NCBI GenBank assembly: GCA_024181965.1
Contig: BQXS01000066.1
Coordinates: 1-34,883 of the forward strand
DNA length: 34,883 nt
Reading direction: 5' to 3'
From: Aduncisulcus paluster
Lineage: Eukaryota
The notes beneath the pieces were generated by a model. It searched no databases and was not told where the DNA came from. It was given only the letters and a program-made list of their open reading frames with translations. Shown piece by piece: positions 1 to 9,813 of the stretch (position 1 is the first letter of the stretch; the number at the start of each line of letters is the position of its first letter). The translations under genes and the position numbers were made by a program.

Positions 1-1143
1 CCATCGAATGATATTTCTTTCAAGTTAATCAAGTGTGAAAAGTCAGGACAACTCATTGACCATGCAATAGAAGAGATCGTACAATGTGAAAACTCAATAG
101 ATTCCAGGGAAAGGGGAAGAGAAGAGAAGAATCTAGATAAATTATATGCCAATTGTCTGGATGGATGGTCATAATAAACACAAGAAGAAGAATCCATCCA
201 AAATGGAAATGTTTCACGCAATTTTGTCTGGATATTATCAAGGGCTAAGATTGAAGGATCAATGTTGATTTCAGGCGGAATGATATCATGTGGTTTTATG
301 CAAGAAATGACATCATTAACTATTGATTCATCAGTCACATCGACTAAAATAGATTTATACAAATTTTGACAACTTTCATGGGCAAAAATATCCTCAGTCC
401 ATCGCTGAGAAAGTCTAATTTCATCGAAATCGATCAAACAAATCCGCAAATGTTCGAGGTTTGTGAGAATTTGCAGAGATTTGGTGAGAGACGGAAGAGA
501 AGATATGGACAGTCCAGTTCTAACAATGGTGAGAGATCGAAGACTCTTAAATAACACTGAACTAAAAATAGAATGAGAAGAAAGCGAGCAAAGAGGGACT
601 CGGGGAACAACGTGATCTGTAACAGTTGTGTCAGAGTGAGAATCATTAGAATTATCCCATATTTTACCTTCTAAAAAAGAAAGCTTTGATAGATTTGTTA
701 GATGAGCGACAGATTTGGATATTATCTCGATCGTTGAAGCATTTACAAAGGGTTCTAGATATAATTCTGAAATAGTTTGCGGGAGAGAACGTAGAATTAG
801 ATTGACTAGAGATGTTATGAATTTATCGCCAAATGATTCACAATCTGCTCCATTATGAAGTCGTAACTTAAGAGTTTCAAGAATAGAACATTGTTTGAGT
901 CCGTTATGCAGACTATGAAGGCCAACTTCTGAAATGTCACAAAAGAAAATTGAAAGGGAGCGTAAAGATGAGGAAAACCGCTTAATAACTCTGGATAATA
1001 CATCACAATCACTATCAGATAGATCACAGAGCCGAATATCGAGGGATTCAAGCTGGGAATTGTCAAATAAAGAAAAACTGTCTAATAATTGTACAAAATC
1101 CACACATCCGGATAAAAAGGAAAAGGATTTAATTAAAGGATGA
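1..1143 (+). pseudogene. Possible decayed coding region or 3' end of an unidentified gene
   Basis: Frame 1 is open from base 1 to TAA TAA at 172-177, reopens at 178-369, then appears to shift at aaattttgac (~365) into ORF 366-554. A further fragment lies at 934-1143. No family recognised. Confidence 0.25.
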
Positions 1144-1612
1144 TGCTTGCATAAATCACAAATGAATTTAATTGATTCTGTAGAAAACTTAACGTTCTTG
1201 AAATTCAATTCTTTTACATATGGTGAACGAAAGTGTAAAATGTTATTTTCATCATATTCCATGAATTTATATCTAATATTTTCTGTAAATACTTCATTGT
1301 ATATGAATATACTCCGGGCGTTATTTGGGAGAGAGTGCCAAGTTGTTCGAAGTTCTTTCTCCATTGATAACATTTTTATATTCTCCGAAAATAAATTATA
1401 AATCGGTAATTATGAATGTATTAAACTTGATATTGATGTCAGAATTTAAAATTCCGCCAAAATCAAAGAATTTCAGTAGAGGTGTCTATCATGACTATCA
1501 GAAGTATATATTAGGTAAAACTGAGAGCAATATACCAATAATTTACAGAGGCAATTTCTTTTCCTATTTCTTTGTAAAAGAAACAGAGAGACAAAAAATT
1601 ATCGTGCTGGTT

Positions 1613-3390
1613 TTATTTGGTATATTTTTTACATGAACATTCCTTCTTCTCCCATTTATCTTGAAGTATAGGGCATCCAAAGAATGGGTTGACTCGGTTC
1701 ATTCTCTCATCGCCAAGAGATGCCAATCCGACCACACTTGCCCACGTATGCAATGGATCAGGTTTACATCCATATCTCCTTCCAACAGCCATCATTCCAA
1801 GCTGACTCACTGAGGATATGCATACAAACGAATGGAGTACGTGATAATCAACAAGCATTGTGTATGGAAAATCTAACATTTTGAGAGACTCACAATCGTC
1901 TTTCAATGATTCCAATGGAACAACATTCGGACTCTGATCTATATGCTCAACTCCCTTCATCTCTTCTCCTTCCTGTTCTTCTTGATCAATTTTTTCAGTC
2001 TTTTCTTCATGTTCCCTTCCATCTGAACAATAATCACTATCATCATTTCCACAACATCTCCTCCCATCCACCCAAAGAGATCCTTCACCCATGAGCACCC
2101 TAGCTCCACTCCCTTCCCCTCTTTCCTCTTTCTCTCCTTCCTTTGTCCTCAAGCAAACACATACACTCGACCTATCAAGCATACTCTCGAGGCATGCCAA
2201 GGTTGACCCACACCAGAATGTATAACATGTACATNNNNNNNNNNNNNNNNNNNNATATGCTCAACTCCCTTCATCTCTTCTCCTTCCTGTTCTTCTTGAT
2301 CAATTTTTTCAGTCTTTTCTTCATGTTCCCTTCCATCTGAACAATAATCACTATCATCATTTCCACAACATCTCCTCCCATCCACCCAAAGAGATCCTTC
2401 ACCCATGAGCACCCTAGCTCCACTCCCTTCCCCTCTTTCCTCTTTCTCTCCTTCCTTTGTCCTCAAGCAAACACATACACTCGACCTATCAAGCATACTC
2501 TCGAGGCATGCCAAGGTTGACCCACACCAGAATGTATAACATGTACATTCATTCTTGTGGGCCCTTCCTTGAAATCCAAGACGATGCCGAGCCACAAGCC
2601 AGGATATCAAACGAAGAAGCTGGAATGAAGGTGTTATGCCATCGGAGGATAAGAGAGAAGAAGAGATAACTCTTTCGACACCGGAGATACCAGCTAATAA
2701 GAATGCTGCAGATATGGCACAATATGTGGGACCTCCCTGGGATTCTCCTTCGGGATATACAGAAAATGCGCCGTCGTATGTTCTACAGCTCGCTATATAT
2801 GATAGGATACGTGAGATTTCCGAGGATAAGTTTTGTTGTAGTTGTAAAATATTTGTAATGACAGCAAATGAATAAACAAATCGAATATCAGATTCTCCAC
2901 CAGATGAACATGAACCGTTGGAGTGAAGGGTTTGCTTTAAAAAGTTTAAAACCTTGTTTCTGGGAATACGAGAGAGAGCTTTCTCACCTCCAAGAATATA
3001 GAGTGATAGAAGAGATGACTGAGTCATGGTCAAATGTGGAGCAACAATTGATGACATAAAATCATCTTTTGAAGAGATTCCAACGGGAGAATAATGAGAC
3101 AATGAAGAAAACCCATAAAGGTGATCATTCTCAACAGAGTGGTTATATATGAAATTTATGAGATCTTCACGCGATAATTTGACCCTTTTTAATGAAATAT
3201 CTAGAGATTTACATGTATCGAGAGCAGAAATGGCGAAGAATAGAATTGTCAGTTTTTCTCCCTCATAATGTTGTTTTAGTTTCTTTTTAACACCCCCATC
3301 GCGACCTAGGAATAATTCAAAAAATTTTGAAATTCCTTCTATATCAAAAGTGGTGTCGGTAAAGCCCATATCACAGGAAATACTGAACAT
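1613..3390 (-). CDS. PGGT1B: Geranylgeranyltransferase type-I beta subunit (~487 aa after collapsing the gap duplication)
   Basis: Motifs LTILFFAISALD, HLTMTQSSLLSLYILG, GESDIRFVYS, YDGAFS..PEGESQGGPTYCA, GFQGRAHKNECTCYTFW and PDPLHT match prenyltransferase beta subunits, closest to GGTase-I. Removing 314 bp (one 294-bp copy plus 20 N) joins ORFs 2149-3390 and 1613-2200 in frame. The start could instead be the Met at 3369. Confidence 0.85.
1941..2548. other. Scaffold gap (N 2235-2254) with duplicated flanks
   Basis: 1941-2234 is repeated as 2255-2548 (294 bp) across 20 N, typical of unmerged overlapping contig ends. Confidence 0.9.
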
Positions 3391-3654
3391 CCTGATATAA
3401 AAAATAAATGAGGATTTACGATTATCATAAAGATATATTTCTTAATAATTTTGCACATAATTACACGAATAGTTTTATTATACTGTTATTTAAGCCTGTA
3501 GAGAAAATATAGTGGTTTTGTAGGATTTGATCTTATTTGCCGGATGAATTAATGAATATAATGTGTTGTAAATTAATTTCAAGGATAATATCTTGGTTTT
3601 AAACGGCATGTTGGAAGATTCAGTTGATTGTGATTAGTTTTCTTTATTTGTGTG

Positions 3655-6600
3655 ATGGTACCAACCACAAAAGAGCAGTTGTTGGCCCAACAGGGTAGTA
3701 GCTATCGTATTGATGTAGCTTCTGACCTGTTGAGCCATGTACTGAAGAGAGAAGTTATCTCGGCTCAATCTCTCTCTAAAAAGCAATGTAAGCTGCTTCA
3801 GACGCAGAATGATACCGTCAAGCAAGTTACTACGATTATATCTGAATTAGAAAATTGCGATAATTCTATTGGAAAATTGATTGCGACAAATCCTGGTCTT
3901 TCTGTGCCATTTTCAAAAGAATTTTCGAAAAGAATCATTCATTTGCATCCTCCAACATCCATTGAAATTATTGGAAGCTTTAGTTATGCTAATAGAGTTA
4001 AGAAAAATCCTTCTATTGATCTAGCTGTTACTATGCCTCCGGAAGTCATTCCAGGAGATTACCGAGGACATTCATATTTTGCCATTCGTGCTGCTTGGCT
4101 TAGTTGGCTTGCAACATCCGTGTCTAAGGCTGTAAAACCGAATAGACCCATTATGGCATTTCATCTCTCCGGGAATCCTTATTCCCCCATAGCCTCAATA
4201 ATATTTTCATCATGTTCAATTAATCTAGTTCCAGTGTTGCCTCCTAAGGCTTTCCCTCCTTCCAAATTGGCTCCTAAAGTTTCAAACATCTGGATTCGTG
4301 GTCAAGGTGTAGACAATGATAATAACGCTGACCATAAATATCCATCGCCATTTTATAACGCTACAATCCAAAGAGACATGCTCATTGTTCCCGTTAATCG
4401 AGTTCTTAGAAGTCGTATCTCCAGCCGTCAAGACCTTGTTGATACCCTCGCTTATATGGATAATGTCTGCGATAAAAAGGGACTTCGTGAGGAATTTGGC
4501 ATTAATACTTTCCATATAGCATGTTTATTGCTCCTTGCTGTGGATTCTGGTGCTGTTCCCAAGAGAACTGTTATTGATGACACTTATGATGGTGAAATGA
4601 TAGTCAAATCCATTGTAACGTTACGTTCGTTTATTTCCTGGCTTAGTGAAGGAGCCTGGTACCGTTCCAAGGACCACACGTTGACTCTACCAAAAGATAT
4701 ATCAGAGACTTCACCTGCGGCTTCTTCCGGCATTCTTACTGGTCTTCTTGAGCAATCCTTGCGTGAACGCAGTATTCTTGGTGTGTGGTCATTGTGTGAG
4801 AGAGGGTGGCTTGGAAAGAAGTGTTCCATCGACCAATTGATATCTCTTGAGGAGAAAGAAAGGATAAGAAGAGAAAAGAAAGAGAAGAAGAGAGACCTAT
4901 ATGCTCACGTGAAAGGATTCGATGAAGAATACCAGGGAGATGAAGAGGATGAAGGTGAGGAAGATGAGGAAGAGTTCTCTGACGAGACAGAAGAAGAAGA
5001 AGAAGGAGAAGGAGAAGGACAAGATGAATTCTCTCCTCGTATTGTATTCTCTTCTTCTTCGCCACATTCTCTTCCTCTCTCGGCAGATGATGTGGATGTC
5101 CTTGCCAAAGTGCACCCTGTCCGTCCATATCTATCATTCATGGATGCAGGTACTTACAACGTATTCCACTCTTTGTCTCGTGATGCTCTATTTGCTCTGT
5201 TCAACATTTGTGCTGGGTTAAAGGTCTGTGTGAGTGGAGAGAGAGGAAGTGAGAGTCGCTTTGGAAAGGCTGGTGATTCTTCTGCACAGAATGAAGACGA
5301 CGAAGCAAAGGCTGAGGATGCTGTTTATAGTGCTAATTTGTCATCAAGACACTCTGGTAAACATTCGATTGCACATGGAGAATCTGTTGATCCGTGTGAT
5401 ACCTTTTTGGCTCCCCTAACACCTTCTTCCTTGGCATCAAGATATGACATTATCATGCCTCTGTTGCATACCCCTTTGATGAGTTCTGCACAAAGGAATA
5501 GTTCTGCCATTAGATGTCGTGATGTCCCTTGGATAATTACTCAAAAGGAACGTGTAAGAGCTTTGATTGAAAGGGGGTGTGGTCGTCGTGTCGAAGAAGT
5601 GTTTTGTATATGGGGAACTTCTCCAAAGGCCAACGAAGCTCTCAGAAAGGATAATAGTCAACATATGAGCTCAACAGGGAAAAGAAGAAGCTCCAAGAGC
5701 AATAGTAAGTCATCTTCAAGTTCTTCAAGTTCTTCAGTAGTGTCCAAATCCAATAATAGCCCGACTTCTTCTCCAAAACCTGTGAATGTTCACCCTCTCT
5801 CCCCGTTGATTTCTTGGTCATCCCAATCTCTCCCACACTTCTGTGACTCTACTTTCATTCAAGGGTCTTCTAAAAATAGCACCATTGAGAATATGACACA
5901 TTCTACTCCATGTTTGATATTACTTATCTCGATTGCTCCATCTGTGGATGTGAGTCATAGAGGTGGCTGGGGGAAAGGAGGAGATATCTGGACTGATATT
6001 GGCGGTGATAAGGGGTTATCGAAGCCAACTGCAACGGCTACATTGTTCTCAGCTCTTTTCTCCGGCATTTCAACCGTCAAACGTTACGGTTCTGGCCGAG
6101 TGTGTGAAGTTGTTGATTGGAGAGAGATTGTTGCGGAGAGGTTGAAAATGCAATTGAAGAATGGCATAAGTAAGAGTGCTAAGAAGAGCAGGAAAGGAAA
6201 GAGATATGGAAAGATTGATGAATCGAGTGTTTCATCTGTTGATTCTATAATCTCCCGAATGCATCCTTCTTGTGTTCGTGAAGAAGTGGTGATTTCTATC
6301 CTTGATGTTCTCTTGGATGTACATTTCTTGTCAAAACAGGAGAAAGGGAGAGGGAGAAGAGTCGTCAAGGGTGGTCAAATTGAGGAAGAAAAAGATACCG
6401 AAGAAGAAGAAATGGAAAGAGATGAAGAAGAAGAAGGAGAAGAAGGAGAGGATGTTCGTTATTTGAAAAAGAAGAAGAATCACAAGGAAAAGAAAGGAAA
6501 GAAAGGGAAGTCGAGTGTTGTCGACAAAAGTAGTGTTTCTTCACAATATATCTTGAAACATTATATTTCTCCACCTTCTATGGCTCCATTCTCTTCAATT

Positions 6601-9186
6601 TCTCCTTGTTTATCCAGTTCAATGATGTTCAATTCCTTTTCCTCTTCCAATGGATATGTACATGCACCATCAAGTATTTCTAAGGCTCACTTCTCACCGT
6701 ATTCTTTACCAATGCGTATTTCTTCAGCTATTACTGAAGTTGACGTTCTCCTCAAACAATTAGCTCTAAAAGGGGAATTAATGCTCAATCCTATATCTAT
6801 AAGGCCTGTGAGTAGTCAAGCAAGAGGTGTAAGAACCGAAGGAATCTTCCACACTCCTTTCATGGCCCCCCCACAATCCACAGTAGACACAGTACATAAG
6901 AAGACTGACTCTGAGTATATTGCAACATTGGGACCTTATTTCAACAGAGATGTGGCTTCTTGTGTCTGTGTTATCACGTTTGAAAGTAGTGGGAAATGGC
7001 CACGTGAATTGAATGCTCTGTTATCTCTGAAATACAGTCTTATGTATTCAATGCATGTTCTTCTCAATAAGACAGGGTTTCCTGCTGCAATGAGAACTGA
7101 CTGTGTTGATGTATGGGTGAAAGAGTCTGGTGTAATGCTCAGGCTTGTTTGTTTACCGAGACAAGAACTCTCATTGCACTCCATTCCATGTACTCTACCG
7201 TCTCCGGCCGGCAGTCTTACCGGTTCCAAATCATTTTATTCCAATAGAGATGGTCTTCTTTCAAGGCTTTCACGCAGACTTCCACTCCATCACACACTTA
7301 TGACATCTCTCGCCCTTTCTTTCCCTTCTCTTCCCCTCTTGTGTTCTGCTGTGTGTTCTATAATTTCCTCACATGGATTCTGCATCCGAGAATGCTGTGA
7401 TCTCATTTGTGGATGGGAAAGTCCGAGTCCTGTCGTTCCTTGGGGTATGCAGAGGGTCGGAAAGAGCAGTAGCAGTGTCAAAAAGGGACTTATAAAGGTC
7501 ACCACAGGCGAGAAGGGTAGTAACTCTAAGAGAAAAGAAGAAGAGGAAAGAGAGGGAGAAGGAAAAGGTGAAGGAAAAGGAGATGAATTGGAAGGAGAAG
7601 AAGAAGGAGATCTTGATTTGAAGAGTGTTGCAACTCCATTGGCCCCTCTTCTCAAACCAGACTATGTTGGAGCATCTGGATGGATAACACTTGAGATGAT
7701 TGAGTTGTTATGTGTTTCTGTGTATACCCATTGTGCTCCCTTGTCTCCACCTGACTCTCTCTCGTCAGCTCTTGCACGTTTCTGTTCATTTATCCAGCGT
7801 ATCTTCCCATCTGACCAGAAAGAGTGTGTTACAATTGATAGCAACGCTCTCCCTGTTCGTATCTATGTTGATACAAGCTCTACTATCAACTCCTCAGACT
7901 CTGCTGAAGATATATCTGAAGAAACTGGTCAAGATGATGATGTAATGGGTAAGAAGAAAGGAAAGAAAGGTAAAAGATGGATTGATCCCAAAGATAAAAA
8001 GACCAAGAAACAACTTAACTCTGAATCTATCTCCTATTCCTCTTCCTCTTCTCTCTCTCATTATATCTTTACCTCTTATGCTTCAGGGGACATTTCTAGG
8101 TGTTTTAAAGATCACATGGATATTCTGTGTGAGATTGAAGAAGCCCGTGAAGTGAGAGAGGATGGATCTGAGACCTGGCACTTTAATCATCCACAGAGAG
8201 AATGGCTTAAAGGAGAGTGCAGCGTTCCCTTGAAGATTATAACCGACACTGATCCTTCGGGTATGTTATTCACACACTGTACAAATTGGGAGGTTATGTT
8301 CAGTTTACGTAAACTGTTTGGAATTGTCGAAAAACATGTCTCTTCTTTGCAAGAAATCTGTGTTCATCAGGATGTTATTGTTAAGGAAGAAGCTTCACAC
8401 GAAGAAAAGGAAGAAGAAGATGATGAGAAACAGTCATCTGTTCCTTCAAGCTCAAAAGAATCCATCGTTACTCGTTTATCTCCTTCTCTTTCTCTTCTCC
8501 CCTCAATGTCTTCTTCCCTTTCATCTCTGTTGGCTGCTCCACTGCATTCTGAGATGCACTTTGCTCTCTTTCTGTCTCCTGAACTCATATCTGGCGTGCT
8601 CTCATCCCCTATGCCCACGAAACTATCTCTCTCTTCAATTTTATCTTCCTCTTCTTCATGGCAGAAATTGAAAGATTCTGTATCTATTCGTTCACTTGTA
8701 GTAGATCATCCAGATCCCACAATTCGTTTGTTGACTCGCCATCCTTGCACAAGCAAAGAGAGTGGCTCAGAACACGAGGAGATCCTTAAGCATAGAGGAG
8801 GGAAGAAGAGGATCGATGTCACGAGTACTCTTGTTGATTACAACCCTTTGAGACACGTATTGTCAGAGATACAGCGTACTTTTTGTGATATCGTTGATAT
8901 CCGAGCTGATATGATACATATTTATTCGGTCCCAGTTATTTGGGGTAAGTTCAAGCATGATATCAGTGAAATCGTAAGTTCCAAAGTTAGTTTGAGTGCT
9001 CTGAATGGTGTATGTTGCGAAGATGACGGGAAACTTTCTGTTAATATCTCCATTGTTCTTGCTGATATCTGTGAGTTGAGTGCTGGAATAGTTGAATCTG
9101 CTTATGTTAATCATGACACAATCAAGGGAGACATTGGGAAAAGGGCATGGAAACAAATGAAGACTATTGTTGAGGGAAAGAAATAA
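3655..9186 (+). CDS. UTP22: Nrap/Utp22/NOL6 family U3 snoRNP-associated protein with large low-complexity insertions (1843 aa)
   Basis: IEIIGSFSY..SIDLAVTMP..DYRGHSYFAIRAAWL, PSPFYNATI and FESSGKWPRELNAL are Nrap-family motifs. ATG at 3655, single open frame. Confidence 0.85.
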   Translation: MVPTTKEQLLAQQGSSYRIDVASDLLSHVLKREVISAQSLSKKQCKLLQTQNDTVKQVTTIISELENCDNSIGKLIATNPGLSVPFSKEFSKRIIHLHPPTSIEIIGSFSYANRVKKNPSIDLAVTMPPEVIPGDYRGHSYFAIRAAWLSWLATSVSKAVKPNRPIMAFHLSGNPYSPIASIIFSSCSINLVPVLPPKAFPPSKLAPKVSNIWIRGQGVDNDNNADHKYPSPFYNATIQRDMLIVPVNRVLRSRISSRQDLVDTLAYMDNVCDKKGLREEFGINTFHIACLLLLAVDSGAVPKRTVIDDTYDGEMIVKSIVTLRSFISWLSEGAWYRSKDHTLTLPKDISETSPAASSGILTGLLEQSLRERSILGVWSLCERGWLGKKCSIDQLISLEEKERIRREKKEKKRDLYAHVKGFDEEYQGDEEDEGEEDEEEFSDETEEEEEGEGEGQDEFSPRIVFSSSSPHSLPLSADDVDVLAKVHPVRPYLSFMDAGTYNVFHSLSRDALFALFNICAGLKVCVSGERGSESRFGKAGDSSAQNEDDEAKAEDAVYSANLSSRHSGKHSIAHGESVDPCDTFLAPLTPSSLASRYDIIMPLLHTPLMSSAQRNSSAIRCRDVPWIITQKERVRALIERGCGRRVEEVFCIWGTSPKANEALRKDNSQHMSSTGKRRSSKSNSKSSSSSSSSSVVSKSNNSPTSSPKPVNVHPLSPLISWSSQSLPHFCDSTFIQGSSKNSTIENMTHSTPCLILLISIAPSVDVSHRGGWGKGGDIWTDIGGDKGLSKPTATATLFSALFSGISTVKRYGSGRVCEVVDWREIVAERLKMQLKNGISKSAKKSRKGKRYGKIDESSVSSVDSIISRMHPSCVREEVVISILDVLLDVHFLSKQEKGRGRRVVKGGQIEEEKDTEEEEMERDEEEEGEEGEDVRYLKKKKNHKEKKGKKGKSSVVDKSSVSSQYILKHYISPPSMAPFSSISPCLSSSMMFNSFSSSNGYVHAPSSISKAHFSPYSLPMRISSAITEVDVLLKQLALKGELMLNPISIRPVSSQARGVRTEGIFHTPFMAPPQSTVDTVHKKTDSEYIATLGPYFNRDVASCVCVITFESSGKWPRELNALLSLKYSLMYSMHVLLNKTGFPAAMRTDCVDVWVKESGVMLRLVCLPRQELSLHSIPCTLPSPAGSLTGSKSFYSNRDGLLSRLSRRLPLHHTLMTSLALSFPSLPLLCSAVCSIISSHGFCIRECCDLICGWESPSPVVPWGMQRVGKSSSSVKKGLIKVTTGEKGSNSKRKEEEEREGEGKGEGKGDELEGEEEGDLDLKSVATPLAPLLKPDYVGASGWITLEMIELLCVSVYTHCAPLSPPDSLSSALARFCSFIQRIFPSDQKECVTIDSNALPVRIYVDTSSTINSSDSAEDISEETGQDDDVMGKKKGKKGKRWIDPKDKKTKKQLNSESISYSSSSSLSHYIFTSYASGDISRCFKDHMDILCEIEEAREVREDGSETWHFNHPQREWLKGECSVPLKIITDTDPSGMLFTHCTNWEVMFSLRKLFGIVEKHVSSLQEICVHQDVIVKEEASHEEKEEEDDEKQSSVPSSSKESIVTRLSPSLSLLPSMSSSLSSLLAAPLHSEMHFALFLSPELISGVLSSPMPTKLSLSSILSSSSSWQKLKDSVSIRSLVVDHPDPTIRLLTRHPCTSKESGSEHEEILKHRGGKKRIDVTSTLVDYNPLRHVLSEIQRTFCDIVDIRADMIHIYSVPVIWGKFKHDISEIVSSKVSLSALNGVCCEDDGKLSVNISIVLADICELSAGIVESAYVNHDTIKGDIGKRAWKQMKTIVEGKK

Positions 9187-9373
9187 ATATCATGAAATCT
9201 CTATAATCCTCTCACTAAATTTCATTATCAACCATAATATCAATACGAGATAACGTAATCCTCAATGGAAATTGCTTAATTAGGAAGAATAAATGCTCTA
9301 CTAAGTCCAATTAATGTTTTAATCGTTAAGGATATGATTGTTCTGGTGTACCTTCAAAAATAAGAATTAATGT

Positions 9374-9790
9374 TTAATTCTTGAAGTTCATTATGATGGT
9401 AACAAGTAATAATTTAAAAATAATAATAAGAACCAACTGAACATTGTTCAACAATAAAATATATAATGAATAAAACCATAACCAAAACAGATCAAAATTA
9501 GAGTTGGAAGAAGTGGAATGTGATGAAGTAGTTTCTATAAACCTTGGTGCTCTCCACTGTTCTATCTCTTGTATATCACTGACTTCTTTCAAACTAGAAC
9601 AATCATGAACACCTTTTTTATCTCTATCAGCTTCTAAATCAGCAATGATTTGTCGTTTTAAAATTGTAGACATCTCTTTATCTTCAGCTGCTCTTCGCTG
9701 GGCATTATTCATATTCAGTAGAGGTTTTGGAGTACCATGCAAACTTAAATAGCGCTCAATACAATATCTTTGGACATATTCCATTGAAAA
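9374..9790 (-). CDS. Hypothetical 136-aa ORF with hydrophobic C-terminus, or an extra terminal exon of gene A
   Basis: ATG at 9784, only 30 bp past the gene A stop. A possible phase-0 acceptor (cttctgacAG, 9791-9792) precedes it, but no GTATGT donor was found nearby. Confidence 0.35.
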   Translation of the reverse strand, partial: FSMEYVQRYCIERYLSLHGTPKPLLNMNNAQRRAAEDKEMSTILKRQIIADLEADRDKKGVHDCSSLKEVSDIQEIEQWRAPRFIETTSSHSTSSNSNFDLFWLWFYSLYILLLNNVQLVLIIIFKLLLVTIIMNFKN

Positions 9791-9813
9791 CTGTCAGAAG
9801 ATGAAATCATTAA

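Noticed and set aside
172-177. TAA/TAG-to-Gln genetic code as in hexamitid diplomonads
   Set aside because: Long conserved genes have no internal TAA/TAG and end at TAA (UTP22, NSF, VMA9) or TAG (DDB1).
3392-3419. 28-nt GT..AG mini-intron upstream of PGGT1B
   Set aside because: Splicing from the upstream ATG gives an out-of-frame stop, and the donor is not GTATGT.
9374-9784. Isy1-like splicing factor (SDIQEIEQWR)
   Set aside because: Only a short resemblance. The conserved Isy1 N-terminus and downstream motifs are absent.
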